NCBI GenBank assembly: GCA_964494945.1
Contig: CAZBTX010000001.1
Location: 3,088-67,087, forward strand
Source: an uncultured Candidatus Saccharibacteria bacterium
Lineage (GTDB): Bacteria > Patescibacteriota > Minisyncoccia > Sungbacterales > JACQCQ01
Direction of reading: 5' to 3'
Length of the DNA: 64,000 nucleotides
The position numbers and the translations under genes were made by a program. Below the pieces are notes generated by a model. It searched no databases, was not told the origin of the DNA, and worked only from the letters and a program-made list of their open reading frames with translations. Of this stretch, positions 32,492 to 43,500 are shown piece after piece (the stretch's first letter is position 1; every line of letters begins with the position of its first letter).

Positions 32492-33616
32492 ATGAGAATA
32501 CTTTTTACTGGCGGCGGAACGGGAGGGCACTTTTTCCCGATCGTGGCTATCGCGAGAGAACTTCACCGCATTGCCGAAGCAGACAGGATTTTGAACGTGG
32601 AACTTTATTACATCGGGCCGGATGGTTTCGGCCGCGATGTTATGCTTCGCGAAGAAATCATTCCCGATACCATACCGGCCGGCAAAGTGCGCCGCTACTT
32701 TTCGCTGGTAAATTTTTCTGATACCTTAAAAACGATTTGGGGCGTTCTGGTGGCGCTCTGGAAATTATTCGTAATGATGCCTGACTTAGTATTCTCCAAG
32801 GGGGGATACGGCAGTTTCCCGGTGCTGGTTGTGGCGCGCCTCTACCATATTCCAGTGATAATTCATGATTCTGACGCTGTGCCGGGCCTGGTCAGTAAAT
32901 GGTCGGCGAAATTCGCCAAACGCATCGGGGTGGCTTTCCCCGGGGCGATAGAATATTTTCCCAAAGAAAAGACGGCGGTAGTGGGTAATCCTATACGTTC
33001 TCGGATCTTGGGCGGTATTAGGGAGAACTCGAGAGAGCATCTGGCTGTATTCTCTCAAAAGCGGGTACTGCTTATTTTGGGCGGCAGTCAGGGCGCTGAA
33101 CCCATTAATCAGATGATACTCTCGGGCCTCTCTGACTTCGTGAAAGAGTATGAAATTATACACCAAACGGGAGAAAAAAATTTTGCTGATGTATCACAGC
33201 AAGCGAATATTGTTCTATCCAGTGAAACTAAGCTCCTTTACCACCCCTTCCCATTCCTCAATGAGACGCAATTAAGAGAAGCGTTGGCGGCCTGTGATCT
33301 CATAATTGCCCGAGCTAGTGCCGGCAATATTTTTGAAATTGCCGCTGCGGGCAAACCGTCGATTCTTATTCCCTTACCGCACTCAGCCCAAGATCACCAA
33401 CGCGCCAACGCTTATGAATACGCCAAAGTAAGTGCCGCTTTGGTCGTCGAACAAAATAACGCCACGCCGAATTTGATTCTGCATACTCTTATGCGGATCT
33501 TTGAATCGCCGGAGGAATCAAAAAAGATGACCGAAGGCGCCCAGAGATTCGCCAGAATTGACGCGGCGGAAATTATCGCGCGCGAAATACTTAATCTGGC
33601 GCTGCATAAAGCTTAA
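32492..33616 (+). CDS. murG: UDP-N-acetylglucosamine--N-acetylmuramyl-(pentapeptide) pyrophosphoryl-undecaprenol GlcNAc transferase
   Basis: GGTGGHFFP N-terminal motif. GT28 family architecture. Confidence 0.9.
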   Translation: MRILFTGGGTGGHFFPIVAIARELHRIAEADRILNVELYYIGPDGFGRDVMLREEIIPDTIPAGKVRRYFSLVNFSDTLKTIWGVLVALWKLFVMMPDLVFSKGGYGSFPVLVVARLYHIPVIIHDSDAVPGLVSKWSAKFAKRIGVAFPGAIEYFPKEKTAVVGNPIRSRILGGIRENSREHLAVFSQKRVLLILGGSQGAEPINQMILSGLSDFVKEYEIIHQTGEKNFADVSQQANIVLSSETKLLYHPFPFLNETQLREALAACDLIIARASAGNIFEIAAAGKPSILIPLPHSAQDHQRANAYEYAKVSAALVVEQNNATPNLILHTLMRIFESPEESKKMTEGAQRFARIDAAEIIAREILNLALHKA

Positions 33617-33631
33617 TTTGGTACCCAACCT

Positions 33632-35113
33632 ATGAACGTTCGTGTTCGCATTGCGCCTTCTCCCACCGGACATCTGCATGTCGGCACCGCGCGTTCGGCG
33701 CTTTTTAATTATTTGTTCGCCAAAAAAGCAGGCGGCGAATTTATTTTGCGCATTGAAGACACCGACCGCGAGCGGTCAAAAAAAGAATACGAAGAGGGGA
33801 TTATTGAATCACTAAAGTGGCTTGGCCTTGATTGGGATGAGGGGCCGATCAGACAAAGTGAACGAGTTGATATTTATAAGAAATATATTTCTCAATTGCT
33901 AAAAAATGGTAAGGCATTTGCCTGTTTTTGCGAAAAAAATATTATCGAAAAAGAATTAAAGGACGACCAGCATTATATGCATTATTGTCCATCGAGGAAT
34001 GATGCTTTTAATTCAAATGAAATAAGGCCATTCGTTATTGCCTATAAGAACGACGACTTTGGAGAGCAGCAAAAACAACTTAAACACGAATTACAAAATA
34101 CAAAAAAGATTGGTGGTTTTAGGACTGTGAGTTTACCAACTGAAACAAAAACGTGGATAGAATTTAGCGATGAAATTAGGGGGGAGTTCAGTTTTCCTAA
34201 AGAAATATTTGGTGATTTTATCATCGCAAAAAGTCTCGAGGAGCCACTCTATAACTTTGCGGCAGTTGTTGATGATTATGAGATGAAAATATCGGATGTG
34301 ATCAGAGGAGAGGACCACCTCCCTAATACACCTAAACAGATTCTTCTTTATGGGGCACTTGGTTGGCAACCACCAAAGTTTGCCCATCTTCCGCTTCTTT
34401 TGGGAACTGATCGTTCAAAGCTTTCTAAACGTCACGGAGCGACTTCGGTGATTGAGTTTCGGAAAGAAGGATATTTACCCGAAGCTTTAATCAATTTCCT
34501 GGCGTTACTCGGCTGGAACCCCGGGGGCGAGCAAGAAATCTTCTCACTTAATGAGTTAATTGAAAAATTCTCGCTTGATAAAGTAAATAAGTCGGGTGCT
34601 ATTTTTGACATAGCGAAGCTTGATTGGATGAACGGCGAATATATCCACAAGATGGCTGTCTCTAAACTTGCGGATTTGCTTTCGCCGTTCATGGATAATG
34701 CCGGACTGGATGCCGCTAAGATGCCGAAAGAAAAATTAGAAAAAATAGTGGCTTTGGAGCAGCCCCGCCTTAAGCGCCTTGCCGAGATAGGGGAGAAGGT
34801 AAAATATTTTTTCCGCCAGCCGGAATATGATAAAGAGTTGCTGCGGTGGAAGAATATGAGCGATGAGGAAGTTGCTGACTGTCTTAAAACGGCGGAAAAA
34901 ATAATTTCCAATTTCCAATTTCCAATTTCCAAAGCGGTGATTGAAAAGGCCTTTTTACATGAGATAGGGGAGGGGGACAAAGGGAGAGTTCTTTGGCCGC
35001 TGCGGGTGGCGTTAACCGGTCTTCGATCTTCACCCGGCCCTTTTGATATCATTGAGATCCTGGGACGGGACGAGTCAATTTCGCGCCTAAGGCGCGCCAT
35101 AAATTTGCTCTGA
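33632..35113 (+). CDS. gltX: Glutamate--tRNA ligase
   Basis: HLHVGTARSALFN (HIGH) and KLSKRHG (KMSKS) class I motifs. Confidence 0.9.
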   Translation: MNVRVRIAPSPTGHLHVGTARSALFNYLFAKKAGGEFILRIEDTDRERSKKEYEEGIIESLKWLGLDWDEGPIRQSERVDIYKKYISQLLKNGKAFACFCEKNIIEKELKDDQHYMHYCPSRNDAFNSNEIRPFVIAYKNDDFGEQQKQLKHELQNTKKIGGFRTVSLPTETKTWIEFSDEIRGEFSFPKEIFGDFIIAKSLEEPLYNFAAVVDDYEMKISDVIRGEDHLPNTPKQILLYGALGWQPPKFAHLPLLLGTDRSKLSKRHGATSVIEFRKEGYLPEALINFLALLGWNPGGEQEIFSLNELIEKFSLDKVNKSGAIFDIAKLDWMNGEYIHKMAVSKLADLLSPFMDNAGLDAAKMPKEKLEKIVALEQPRLKRLAEIGEKVKYFFRQPEYDKELLRWKNMSDEEVADCLKTAEKIISNFQFPISKAVIEKAFLHEIGEGDKGRVLWPLRVALTGLRSSPGPFDIIEILGRDESISRLRRAINLL

Positions 35114-35129
35114 ATGTTATACTGGCTAT

Positions 35130-36458
35130 ATGCGTGCGTATGCTCTTTCTCGGGGGAGTTTATTTTTGTGCTTGGCGGCCGTAAGCGTTTTTTTAGCTTG
35201 TCCCGTCCAAATTGGGGCGGCCGAACCCGCGCCCGGTGAATTGCAAAGTCAAATTGAAGCCAAAACAAAGGAAATCAAGGCCCTGGAAGCCGAAGCGGAA
35301 AAATACCGGCAAACTATAGCTACTACAGAGGCCCAAGCCAATACGCTGAAAAATCAGATCGCCAGGATAAACTCCGCCATCGCCAAGCTTCAAAATGACA
35401 TTAAACTTACCGAGCGGCAGATTCAAAGAACCAATCTTGAGATAAAGAGTTTAAAGTTCCAAATCACAGATACAGCATCTGACATCAGTGAGCACCAGGA
35501 ACGCCTTAAGGAGTTGGTGCGGCTTTTGGATATTTACGACCATGAGCATCCGTTGGAGATCCTTTTAAAGAACAGGCAATTATCGGAATTTTTTAATAGA
35601 ATACAGTCAACCATAAATCTGCAGGACGAGGTCAGGACGGTTATAGATGAACTGCGAACTCTAAAAGGCGACCTTTCACATAAGAAATCGGCTTCGGAGG
35701 TCAAGGTCATTGAATTAAAACGCGAAGGTGAGCGCTTGAACGACGCTAAGGCCCTGCAGGTGAATGCACAGAGTGAAAGAGCGAAGATCTTAGCCGAGAC
35801 GCAAAATCAAGAAAAAAAATATCAAGAGCTTTTGGCCGAAAATGAACGGAGGCGCGGGGAACTGGAAGCGGAAGTATTCGCTTTTGAGAATAAATTGCGC
35901 ATAACGCTTGACCCCAATGCGTTGCCCAAACGCGCCTCGGGCGTTTTGGATTGGCCTCTGCCCAAATTGGCCCAATCATTGTTCCAGTGCGGCCATACGG
36001 TTTTGGCATTTTTAACGCAGTGTTTTGGAGATACTTCATTCGCAAGATCCGGCGGCTATAATGGTAAGGGACATAATGGGGTGGATTTTCGAGCTAACGC
36101 GACCACCGAAATATATTCGGCCGAGAAAGGAGTGGTGCGCGGGGTTGGGGACACGGATACGGCTTGCCGGGGCGCCTCATACGGCCGATGGGTGTTAATC
36201 GACCACGAAAACGGCTTGGCCACGCTTTACGCGCACCTTTCTTTGGCCAGGGTCTCCCCGGGCCGAACTGTGGAGCGCGGCGAGGTAATTGGATACGCCG
36301 GTAAAACCGGCTACGCCACCGGGCCGCATCTGCATTTCTCGGTATTTGCCAGGTCAGCGGTCAATATTGGCGTTTTGCCGAGCCGCGTATGCAAAAGGAA
36401 CATGACATTACCGCTTTCACCCTTTAACGGTTACTTGAATCCGCTGGATTACTTATAG
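35130..36458 (+). CDS. Secreted M23 peptidase with an N-terminal coiled-coil region (EnvC-like)
   Basis: Signal peptide, about 250 aa of heptad-rich sequence, then GHNGVDF...HLHFSV M23 motifs. Confidence 0.8.
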   Translation: MRAYALSRGSLFLCLAAVSVFLACPVQIGAAEPAPGELQSQIEAKTKEIKALEAEAEKYRQTIATTEAQANTLKNQIARINSAIAKLQNDIKLTERQIQRTNLEIKSLKFQITDTASDISEHQERLKELVRLLDIYDHEHPLEILLKNRQLSEFFNRIQSTINLQDEVRTVIDELRTLKGDLSHKKSASEVKVIELKREGERLNDAKALQVNAQSERAKILAETQNQEKKYQELLAENERRRGELEAEVFAFENKLRITLDPNALPKRASGVLDWPLPKLAQSLFQCGHTVLAFLTQCFGDTSFARSGGYNGKGHNGVDFRANATTEIYSAEKGVVRGVGDTDTACRGASYGRWVLIDHENGLATLYAHLSLARVSPGRTVERGEVIGYAGKTGYATGPHLHFSVFARSAVNIGVLPSRVCKRNMTLPLSPFNGYLNPLDYL

Positions 36459-36475
36459 GCCTCGCTTAGATCTTT

Positions 36476-36964
36476 GTGGTTGTTTATAATAAATATATGC
36501 CATCAGATTTACCCCCACACCGGGAAGCCACAGCTAGAAGGCTACGGAGTAATAATCGTCCGCTCCCAGAGGGAAATTACTTAGACGCCACACTCGTAAA
36601 GGCGTGGTATGGGGGTTTACGATATCGCACCTGGGTCGCGGCATCCTTGCTTTTGCCGTCTTTGGCGCTGGCAGGCACTATACAGATGACCCCCTTAAGG
36701 ATCTTAACGCCGGATGAATTTCTGCGAACGCTTGGTTTTCAAATTTCAGCCGGTGAAGTGAGTGGCCGCGCCCAGAATATCCTTCAAGACATAGAGGCAA
36801 GATTCAGGCAAAGCAGGGGAATGGAGTTGGTGCAATATGTGGAAAAAGATACGGGCATTAATCTAATAGCGCTCGTAAGAAATATTTTGACCATTTCAGC
36901 GTACCTTTTCGTACAAATATTCGCGATTATTTCCGATATTGCTTCTAAACTAGCCGCGCCTTAG
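36476..36964 (+). CDS. Hypothetical protein. Its 5' part overlaps a degenerate CCCCACACC...GGTATGGGGG segment.
   Basis: ORF only. No family recognised. Confidence 0.3.
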   Translation: MVVYNKYMPSDLPPHREATARRLRSNNRPLPEGNYLDATLVKAWYGGLRYRTWVAASLLLPSLALAGTIQMTPLRILTPDEFLRTLGFQISAGEVSGRAQNILQDIEARFRQSRGMELVQYVEKDTGINLIALVRNILTISAYLFVQIFAIISDIASKLAAP

Positions 36965-37263
36965 AAAATAAGTCCGGGGGAGTATAAGTTGTACCTATAA
37001 GCTATAAGGTCGTTTAATCTGCATTGTACGACGTAGTTCATAGGCCGCAGGGCGTTCTCCCCCACAGATATTACACGGCCAATTTCCCGGCAGCATTTTT
37101 TATTATTTATTATTTTAATGTCTCCCAGTGAGTGATGTTCACTATCTAAACCGAGCAATGTCCCCCCAATACATGCTTCGGGATACTTAGCCGGGAAAAG
37201 GGTGTCTAGTGGTCTCTCGCCAACCCCGCCTAATCTTTCCAGAATAAGATTCTCCGGGGTCAT
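36961..37263 (-). CDS. Hypothetical 100-aa protein
   Basis: ORF only. Upstream on the minus strand is a GTCATAGAAT direct repeat and a TAATGTTAACAA...TTGTTAACATTA inverted repeat. Confidence 0.3.
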   Translation of the reverse strand: MTPENLILERLGGVGERPLDTLFPAKYPEACIGGTLLGLDSEHHSLGDIKIINNKKCCREIGRVISVGENALRPMNYVVQCRLNDLIAYRYNLYSPGLIF

Positions 37264-37420
37264 AGAATTTGACTACTGGATAGGGTCATAGAATAATGTT
37301 AACAAATAACAAGCGACCGCAACAGAGTTGTTAACATTAGCTCGGGGATTAGAAAATAAATAAGGGGCGGCGCGCTGCGCCGCCCCTCGCTGGATCTTGA
37401 AACTCTCCCCCACCTCTCCC

Positions 37421-37666
37421 TTAGACGACCTTCTCCACTTGGTCGGGGGGCAGCCAGATGTGCTTATCGGCGCCGTCAATGCCCAGAATCTTGCCGTCTT
37501 CGGTAGAAAGTGGGTTCCTGAGCTCCGTTATGGTCACCACAACAACATCCTCACCGCGGCTCACCCTCACCTTATCACCGATGTAGAACCTTCTTCCCAC
37601 CCCGTCGACTATACCTACGATACGGCCCTCCTCTTCGCATGGCGGTTGCCGGTTGGCTACAGTCAT
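37421..37666 (-). CDS. Small GC-rich protein of 81 aa with a predicted beta-rich, OB/swapped-hairpin-like pattern (hypothetical)
   Basis: ATG after GAAAGGAGATCC on the minus strand. Followed on the minus strand by a GGGGCGGCGC...GCGCCGCCCC terminator at about 37345-37375. Confidence 0.45.
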   Translation of the reverse strand: MTVANRQPPCEEEGRIVGIVDGVGRRFYIGDKVRVSRGEDVVVVTITELRNPLSTEDGKILGIDGADKHIWLPPDQVEKVV

Positions 37667-37753
37667 CTGTGCAGGATCTCCTTTCTTTTATCTGCGGCCC
37701 ACATCATAATATACCGAGAAAAGCCATTTGCAAGTTTGCAAAGCCATTAATTT

Positions 37754-38926
37754 ATGCGCACTTCTTATTCAGCGCTGGCCACCTTCAAGCAGTGCCCCAA
37801 GCGCTTCCAATTCAAGATTTTGGACAAAGTCAAAGAGCCCAAGACCAAAGAGCAGGTCTTCGGGACGCTTATTCACGATTGCCTCCACTTTATGTTTCAG
37901 CATGATCCCCTGTTTCCTACTCTGGATCAAGTGCTGGAGCATTATTATGAGAATTTTCCATCCGACGGTTGGCAAGAATCGGAAGCCGAGATTTATAAGA
38001 AACAAGGTGAAACTATGCTTAAGAAATTCTACGCGCATAATCAGCCGTGGAACTTCGTGGTACTTGACTTGGAATCGCGTTTTGAAGTGACGCTGGAGGA
38101 CGCCCAAGGCGGTACCACACATATTTTAGCCGGTATTATGGATAGGATTGATAAACTGCCCGACGGCCGAATTGAGATCATTGATTACAAAACGCAAAAA
38201 CGCATTCCCCCGCAAGACACGGTGGATAAAGATCTCCAACTTTCCATTTACGCTATGGGGCTTAAAAAACGCTGGCCCCATATTGAAGCTGGCAATATAA
38301 AGTTGTCCCTGCAATTTTTGAAGCATGACGAAAAGTTAACCACCACGCGATCCGAGGACGATTTTAAGAGAACCGAAGCTGAAGTGTTGAGGATGATTAA
38401 GGACATTGAATCTCGCGTTGCCGCGGGGCGCGGTTTTGAGCCACGCGTTTCCCCTCTTTGCGACTTTTGCGGGTATAAGCCGCTCTGCCCCGCCTGGAAG
38501 CATTTATATAAGAATGTAAAAAATGAAACAATTGACGGCGCTAAAATCTCCGGGGTCATCAAGGAATATTTTTCTTTGCGTGAAGAAAAACAAAAAGCCG
38601 AAGTCCGCCTAAAAGAGCTGGGGGTTCTGCTCACCCGCTATTTGGCCCAGGAAGAGATTGACAGGGTTTTTGATGAGGTCGGCGTGATCTCTAAGCGCCT
38701 TTTGGAAAAATACTCTTATGACTTTGAAAAGATACGTTCTATCCTGGAGCCGCTGGGCAAATGGCAGGACATTCTGAAAGCTGACGAGGCCAGATTGAAA
38801 AATATTATGAAGGAAATTCCCGAGTGGGCCCGAGAAGAGATAAAAAAGTCCCGTTCATTGGTTCATTCATCAATTACGCTTGCGGCTACCAAAAAGAAGA
38901 TTAAGTTGCCCGAGGCCAGTGGTTAG
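37754..38926 (+). CDS. PD-(D/E)XK-superfamily nuclease (RecB/Cas4-like) with a C-terminal Cys cluster
   Basis: GIMDRID...EIIDYKT resembles the D...E-x-K nuclease core. CDFCGYKPLCP resembles the Cas4/AddB-type Fe-S Cys motif. Confidence 0.6.
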   Translation: MRTSYSALATFKQCPKRFQFKILDKVKEPKTKEQVFGTLIHDCLHFMFQHDPLFPTLDQVLEHYYENFPSDGWQESEAEIYKKQGETMLKKFYAHNQPWNFVVLDLESRFEVTLEDAQGGTTHILAGIMDRIDKLPDGRIEIIDYKTQKRIPPQDTVDKDLQLSIYAMGLKKRWPHIEAGNIKLSLQFLKHDEKLTTTRSEDDFKRTEAEVLRMIKDIESRVAAGRGFEPRVSPLCDFCGYKPLCPAWKHLYKNVKNETIDGAKISGVIKEYFSLREEKQKAEVRLKELGVLLTRYLAQEEIDRVFDEVGVISKRLLEKYSYDFEKIRSILEPLGKWQDILKADEARLKNIMKEIPEWAREEIKKSRSLVHSSITLAATKKKIKLPEASG

Positions 38927-39375
38927 TTTCCGGATAACCCGGAGCAGTTGGCGGCGGGCCTGTATCCAGCTGCCCTGGCTTCAGCTTCGGTGGTAAAACC
39001 TATCTTATTTTCCAGTTTGATGCGGTTGGCTCCGGCGCAACTTTCCAGGTAATAGGCCGAGCCGTTTTTGCTGGCCACATATGCCCCCACTGGCGTCACC
39101 GCTTGTGATACCGCGGCGTCATTTTTAGTGTCCCCCGTCACTTGGGCACCGGCATCTATTGCATCAGACGGCATTTCAATCTTGATTGGCGCGTGCGGCG
39201 CCCAAACAACCGACAGTCGCCCTAATCCAAAACTTGCCAAACTTATCAAAACAACCGCAAGTCCCAGAATTAAGTCAGTTTTATAGACACTCCCCCACTT
39301 CTTGACCCTCTCGATAAATTCTGCTATCATCTTAGGGTTATTATACCTGAAATTATCAACGAATATCGAATCCAA
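38923..39375 (-). CDS. Membrane-anchored protein with a C-terminal Ada-like zinc-binding domain
   Basis: YYLESCAGANRIKLENKIGFTTEAEARAAGYRPAANC matches the Ada_Zn_binding pattern. Confidence 0.5.
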   Translation of the reverse strand: MDSIFVDNFRYNNPKMIAEFIERVKKWGSVYKTDLILGLAVVLISLASFGLGRLSVVWAPHAPIKIEMPSDAIDAGAQVTGDTKNDAAVSQAVTPVGAYVASKNGSAYYLESCAGANRIKLENKIGFTTEAEARAAGYRPAANCSGLSGN

Positions 39376-39431
39376 AACGAATAAACGAATTCGTATATTC
39401 GCAAAAATTCGTTATTCGTTGATGCATCGTT

Positions 39432-39716
39432 ATGGCCACAGCCAAATCCGCCGGAGCAGCCAAATACGGACGCGACTCAAATCCCAAATACCTGGGGGTT
39501 AAACTGCATGACGGCGAATTTGCCAAGCCCGGTAGTATCATTATTCGCCAAAGAGGCCGGCATTATTTCGCGGGTGCCAACGTCCGTGCTGGAGGAGATG
39601 ATACGCTTTATGCCACGACTTCGGGGAAAGTAAAATTCATCACTCGGCACAAAAAGCGCTTTGACGGAAACAGAAAAATAGCTAAAATTGTAAGAGTCAT
39701 ACCTTTGAAATCCTAG
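39432..39716 (+). CDS. rpmA: 50S ribosomal protein L27
   Basis: AKSAGAAKYGRDSNPKYLGVKLHDGEFAKPGSIIIRQRG is the L27 signature. Confidence 0.9.
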   Translation: MATAKSAGAAKYGRDSNPKYLGVKLHDGEFAKPGSIIIRQRGRHYFAGANVRAGGDDTLYATTSGKVKFITRHKKRFDGNRKIAKIVRVIPLKS

Positions 39717-39791
39717 GCACTAAATTCTAAATCGTGTAAAGATCGTATTAAGTTCTAATCCCTAAAATAGAAAAAAATAGAAAATAAAGTG

Positions 39792-39821
39792 TCACTTTAA
39801 TACTGTACAGTATTAAAGTGA
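39792..39821. promoter_or_regulatory. 30-bp perfect palindrome TCACTTTAATACTGTACAGTATTAAAGTGA
   Basis: Read directly. It overlaps the stop codon of the TrpR-like gene 39813-40235. Confidence 0.55.
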
Positions 39822-40235
39822 GCGCCTACGGGGCATATACGCAATCTTGGGAAGTCTGCGGATAGCTTCCTCTAGTTTTTCTAAAGGTTTCGCGAAATTT
39901 CTTAAGATGGTATCAATTTTTTCTTTGCGCTCCAGTTGTTTTATGGCAGCGCGGAATCCCCGTCCGCCTACTTTTAAACGCTCACTCACTGAACCGATCG
40001 TCGGGTCAGACACTTTTAACCTTTGCCGTATATCTAAGTAGGAAAGGCCCCGTTCAAGCATAACTGCAATTAAAAGTCGTTTTCCTAGCATGACTTTTTC
40101 AGTTGTTGAGAGAAGATCATGAAAGAACGACTGTAAATCTTCCCGATTTCGCAAGAGAAAAGATACATCAACCACGCGTTGACTTAGCTCATCAATTTGG
40201 CTATTTGAAAGTTTGTATTTAGATATATGAGGCAT
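39813..40235 (-). CDS. TrpR-related (YerC/YecD-family) DNA-binding protein, paralog of 25853-26266
   Basis: TTEKVMLGKRLLIAVMLERGLSYLDIRQRLKVSDPTI is a Trp-repressor-like HTH. Confidence 0.6.
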   Translation of the reverse strand: MPHISKYKLSNSQIDELSQRVVDVSFLLRNREDLQSFFHDLLSTTEKVMLGKRLLIAVMLERGLSYLDIRQRLKVSDPTIGSVSERLKVGGRGFRAAIKQLERKEKIDTILRNFAKPLEKLEEAIRRLPKIAYMPRRRSL

Positions 40236-40242
40236 ATGCTTT

Positions 40243-40270
40243 TACTTTAATACTGTACAGTATTAAAGTA
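40243..40270. promoter_or_regulatory. 28-bp perfect palindrome TACTTTAATACTGTACAGTATTAAAGTA, 8 bp upstream of the TrpR-like start codon
   Basis: Same 20-bp core TTAATACTGTACAGTATTAA as the sites at 39792 and 40463. Confidence 0.6.
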
Positions 40271-40462
40271 AAGAAAAGGAAGGATTTCTAGTGACCATTC
40301 TAATAATCATGTTGACATATTGGGGTGCAAAACCTTGTATTTTTTGGACGAGTTTATGGCGGTAAATTTAGAAATTGTCCGCCGGAGACGGATCCGCCTT
40401 TGGCGGAAAAATTTTGATCAGCTGCTAGGCGTTGAACTGGCTGTGGTGACTAGAGAAGAGTT

Positions 40463-40494
40463 CTCACTTAAATACTGTACAGTATTTAAGTGAG
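40463..40494. promoter_or_regulatory. 32-bp perfect palindrome CTCACTTAAATACTGTACAGTATTTAAGTGAG
   Basis: Variant of the same operator-like core. It lies between the giant-protein gene stop at 40550 and the TrpR-like promoter. Confidence 0.55.
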
Positions 40495-40549
40495 GGTAAC
40501 TAGGTAAACTGTTGAGCGTTGAGCGTTAAGTGGTGGAAGGTTTTAAAAG

Positions 40550-43500
40550 TTAACTGCTTGGCGTGGAACTGGCGGTGGCAGTGGTGGATGAGGCGGTGTC
40601 GGTGGTTGAGGCAGCGTCAGCTCCGACGCTAGCGTTCGGAGCCCCGACCCCTTCGGGCGTCAGGGTTGTTGTCGGCGTTGTGATTGTGGTGTCGGTTGAG
40701 TCGGCAGTCGGCGTGGTGCTGGCCGTGTCTGTCGGCGTGAATGAAGCTATGGGGCTTACGTCCGAGATCGGCGGCAAGCCGTCGCAATTTCCCGAAATGG
40801 TGCTGACGGCGCCACGCTCTATGAATACGCAATATGCCGCTTTGGTGGCGCGATCAAAAAGCGTAATGCCGGTCGGGGCTTCAGTAGAGCCGACGGTTAA
40901 GTGGTCGGTTTCGATATACTTCATCGTCATGCGCCCCGTCTCGTCAATTTTCCAAAGGCCGTTTTGCGAGACGATTTGTCCGACTCCCAAGAGGGCATTG
41001 CCGTTTAAGTTCACATCCCCGTAGAAGTTGACATTCACCTTGCCCGTAGTCTGATCCACCGACCAGCCATTAGTCGCTATTCCCTGTTCGCTATTCGCTG
41101 CTAGCTGGGTCGTTCCTTCATCAAGCTTTGAGTAGCCGAGGTTGATGAAAACCAGGATTTTGCCGGTTTTCACCGTCTGGCCGTCGGGAAGTCCGACTTC
41201 GGCGGTGTTTGAAGTCGGACTTCCAACAGTTGAGTCGTCAAAGTTTTCTAGAGCTATACCCACTGTCACGCCGGATACGGTAGCTTTCATGCCTACTCCT
41301 GCAAGCGAGGAGGAAGTTATCCTGTCGCCTATCTTGATGGGGCCGGATTCGGTGGAAACCTTAACGGGAACGCGGCCGTTCAAAGCAACGGGAAGTTTGT
41401 TTATGGTTTCGGGAAGATTCTTTCCTGCCGAGGTAAAATCAGAGTAATTATTTGAGGTGATGCCAAGGAGGTTTGATTGATAAGCGGTAGTGGAACGCTT
41501 AAGTTCGGAAACATATCCCAAGTGAGGCAGGGTGGAACTTGCGCTTCCCTTCTCGTCGCTGGCATAGGTTTCAATCATTTTACTGCCATCTCCCAAAGCC
41601 ACGATCTCGCCGTATTCAATTCCTTGTTCAACCGGATAAAGCTCGGCATAGTCGGCTCCACCGGAAGTGCAGTCGCCGATGCCGCGCAACGCGTCTGCGG
41701 AAAGTTCAGCGCCGCTATAACACATAGCAACGTTAGAAATTTCGTCATCTAGCATGGCCTGCACGGGGTTGCTAGCTGCATTGGCGTCTACTATAAGCCC
41801 ATTAGTCCAGGTGATGGCGTCACCCGCAGTTCCTGATGGCGCCGTGCGAAGAGTTATATCGGCGCCGCTATAATAGATTTGTTGCGCGGGATTTGTAATC
41901 TTATATCTCCAACTTCCGTCGTAGTATATATTTGCGCCAAGTCCCCCATCAACGCTACCAATATTCGTGAGCGAAAGCGTTCTTCCCGCCGAACTATTCC
42001 CAATAACGAGCGCTGGTATAGTCCATCCTGGATCTGAAGGTACGACACCGAGAAATATTTGCTGGTCGGCATTCGGGAGTTGCAAGGTGGGGCCGGCAGT
42101 GTTCACTGTGAGAATGCCATCAGTATCTATTGTCATCCGATAAGCCGCCGCAGTTATATCTCGAATCTGAAATAACCCTGTATCTTGTACACCTACAATC
42201 CAATCCCTACTTGCTTTATTGGAAAATCGTAAACCTACGCTGTTGGTTGCGTCCTGATTCCGTATATTTAATTGAGGCGTACTCGAGTCCAAACTCGACA
42301 TGCCAGAACCAGAAACAGCCAGCACTCCAAACGGACTCGTCGTCCCGATGCCGACGTTGCCGCTTCCATCAATCCTCATCTTTTCTGCCATAGTTGACGC
42401 TGAATTTTGAGTGAAAAACGTAAGTGATCCTGCCGTGCCTCCGACGGCCTCTCGCATCAATCCTATTAGAGCTGCTGGATTACCATTACCAGCGGCGCGA
42501 AACTTAATTTTAGAGCCAGCCCCGACTACGTTAGAGTCGGACAAAAGGTTCAATTCCGTATTATTGTCGTCATAGTATGAAGCCCCGGTCGCTATAGTCG
42601 AGCTTGAAATGTTGAATGTTGCACTCCCCGTATCGCCAGCCGCACTAGTTCCAACCAAAATCCTGCCGTCGCTTCTTATTCGCATACGCTCAGTCGAAAT
42701 ATTAGCGTTATCGGCACGTGTAAAAAACGCAAGGATTCCACCTCGTTTGGTTGCCGTTGTCCCGCTGAGATTAGAGCTGATTCGCGCCACCTCTTTGGAG
42801 AAAGTTCCTCCAGACTGGGCATCTGCGTGAAAAGAAATAACTCCAACATTATCCGCGTCAGCATCAGCGGTAAGGTTGCCGAGCCGCAGGATTCCGTAAT
42901 CGTTCGTAGCATCAAGCACACTAAAGAACGAATTTCCTGAACCATAAGGACTGGTGGTAATTAGCGATGCATCAGCAGCATCACCACTTCCAAAAATACC
43001 GTTACCCACAACCGATAACTTGGAGCCCGGACTCGTCGTCCCGATGCCGACGTTGCCGTTGGGAAAGTTAACGCTCGAAATCGTCGCCCCACTGCGCTTC
43101 ACATTCAGCCAAGAATTGGCCGTGGCAAGGGAATCATTTAATGCTCGAAAATCAAATTCGCCCGCCGTCAGCATCCCTGGCCCAAAATCCCAAATCTTGT
43201 TGTCAGCGGTGGCATTGGTGTTATTCATCACAATGCCGGTGGTCGCCCCCTGGATTTCCAACTTGCCATCATGCCCCGGCCCGATACGCGCCGTGCCTCC
43301 GATCTGCACATCCGCTGTACCAGAACCAGCCGCTTTCAAGATATGCAAGCCAGAGGCCGGATTCGTTGTCCCGATGCCGACGTTGCCGGATGTTTGCTGA
43401 ACCACGAATTGATTTGTCCCCACAGTAAAGCCGCCCGTAGCTATTGTAGAAGTAGCGGTAGTAGAAGTGGCAGAGAAGTTGTTGGAAACAATTTGGCCGG

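Noticed and set aside
36519-36615. Possible sixth, degenerate copy of the CCCCACACC...GGTGTGGGG MITE family inside ORF 36476-36964 (CCCCCACACCGGGAAG...GGCGTGGTATGGGGG)
   Set aside because: Only the outer 9-10 bp resemble the family, with mismatches. The interior shares nothing with the other copies. This could be chance in GC-rich sequence.
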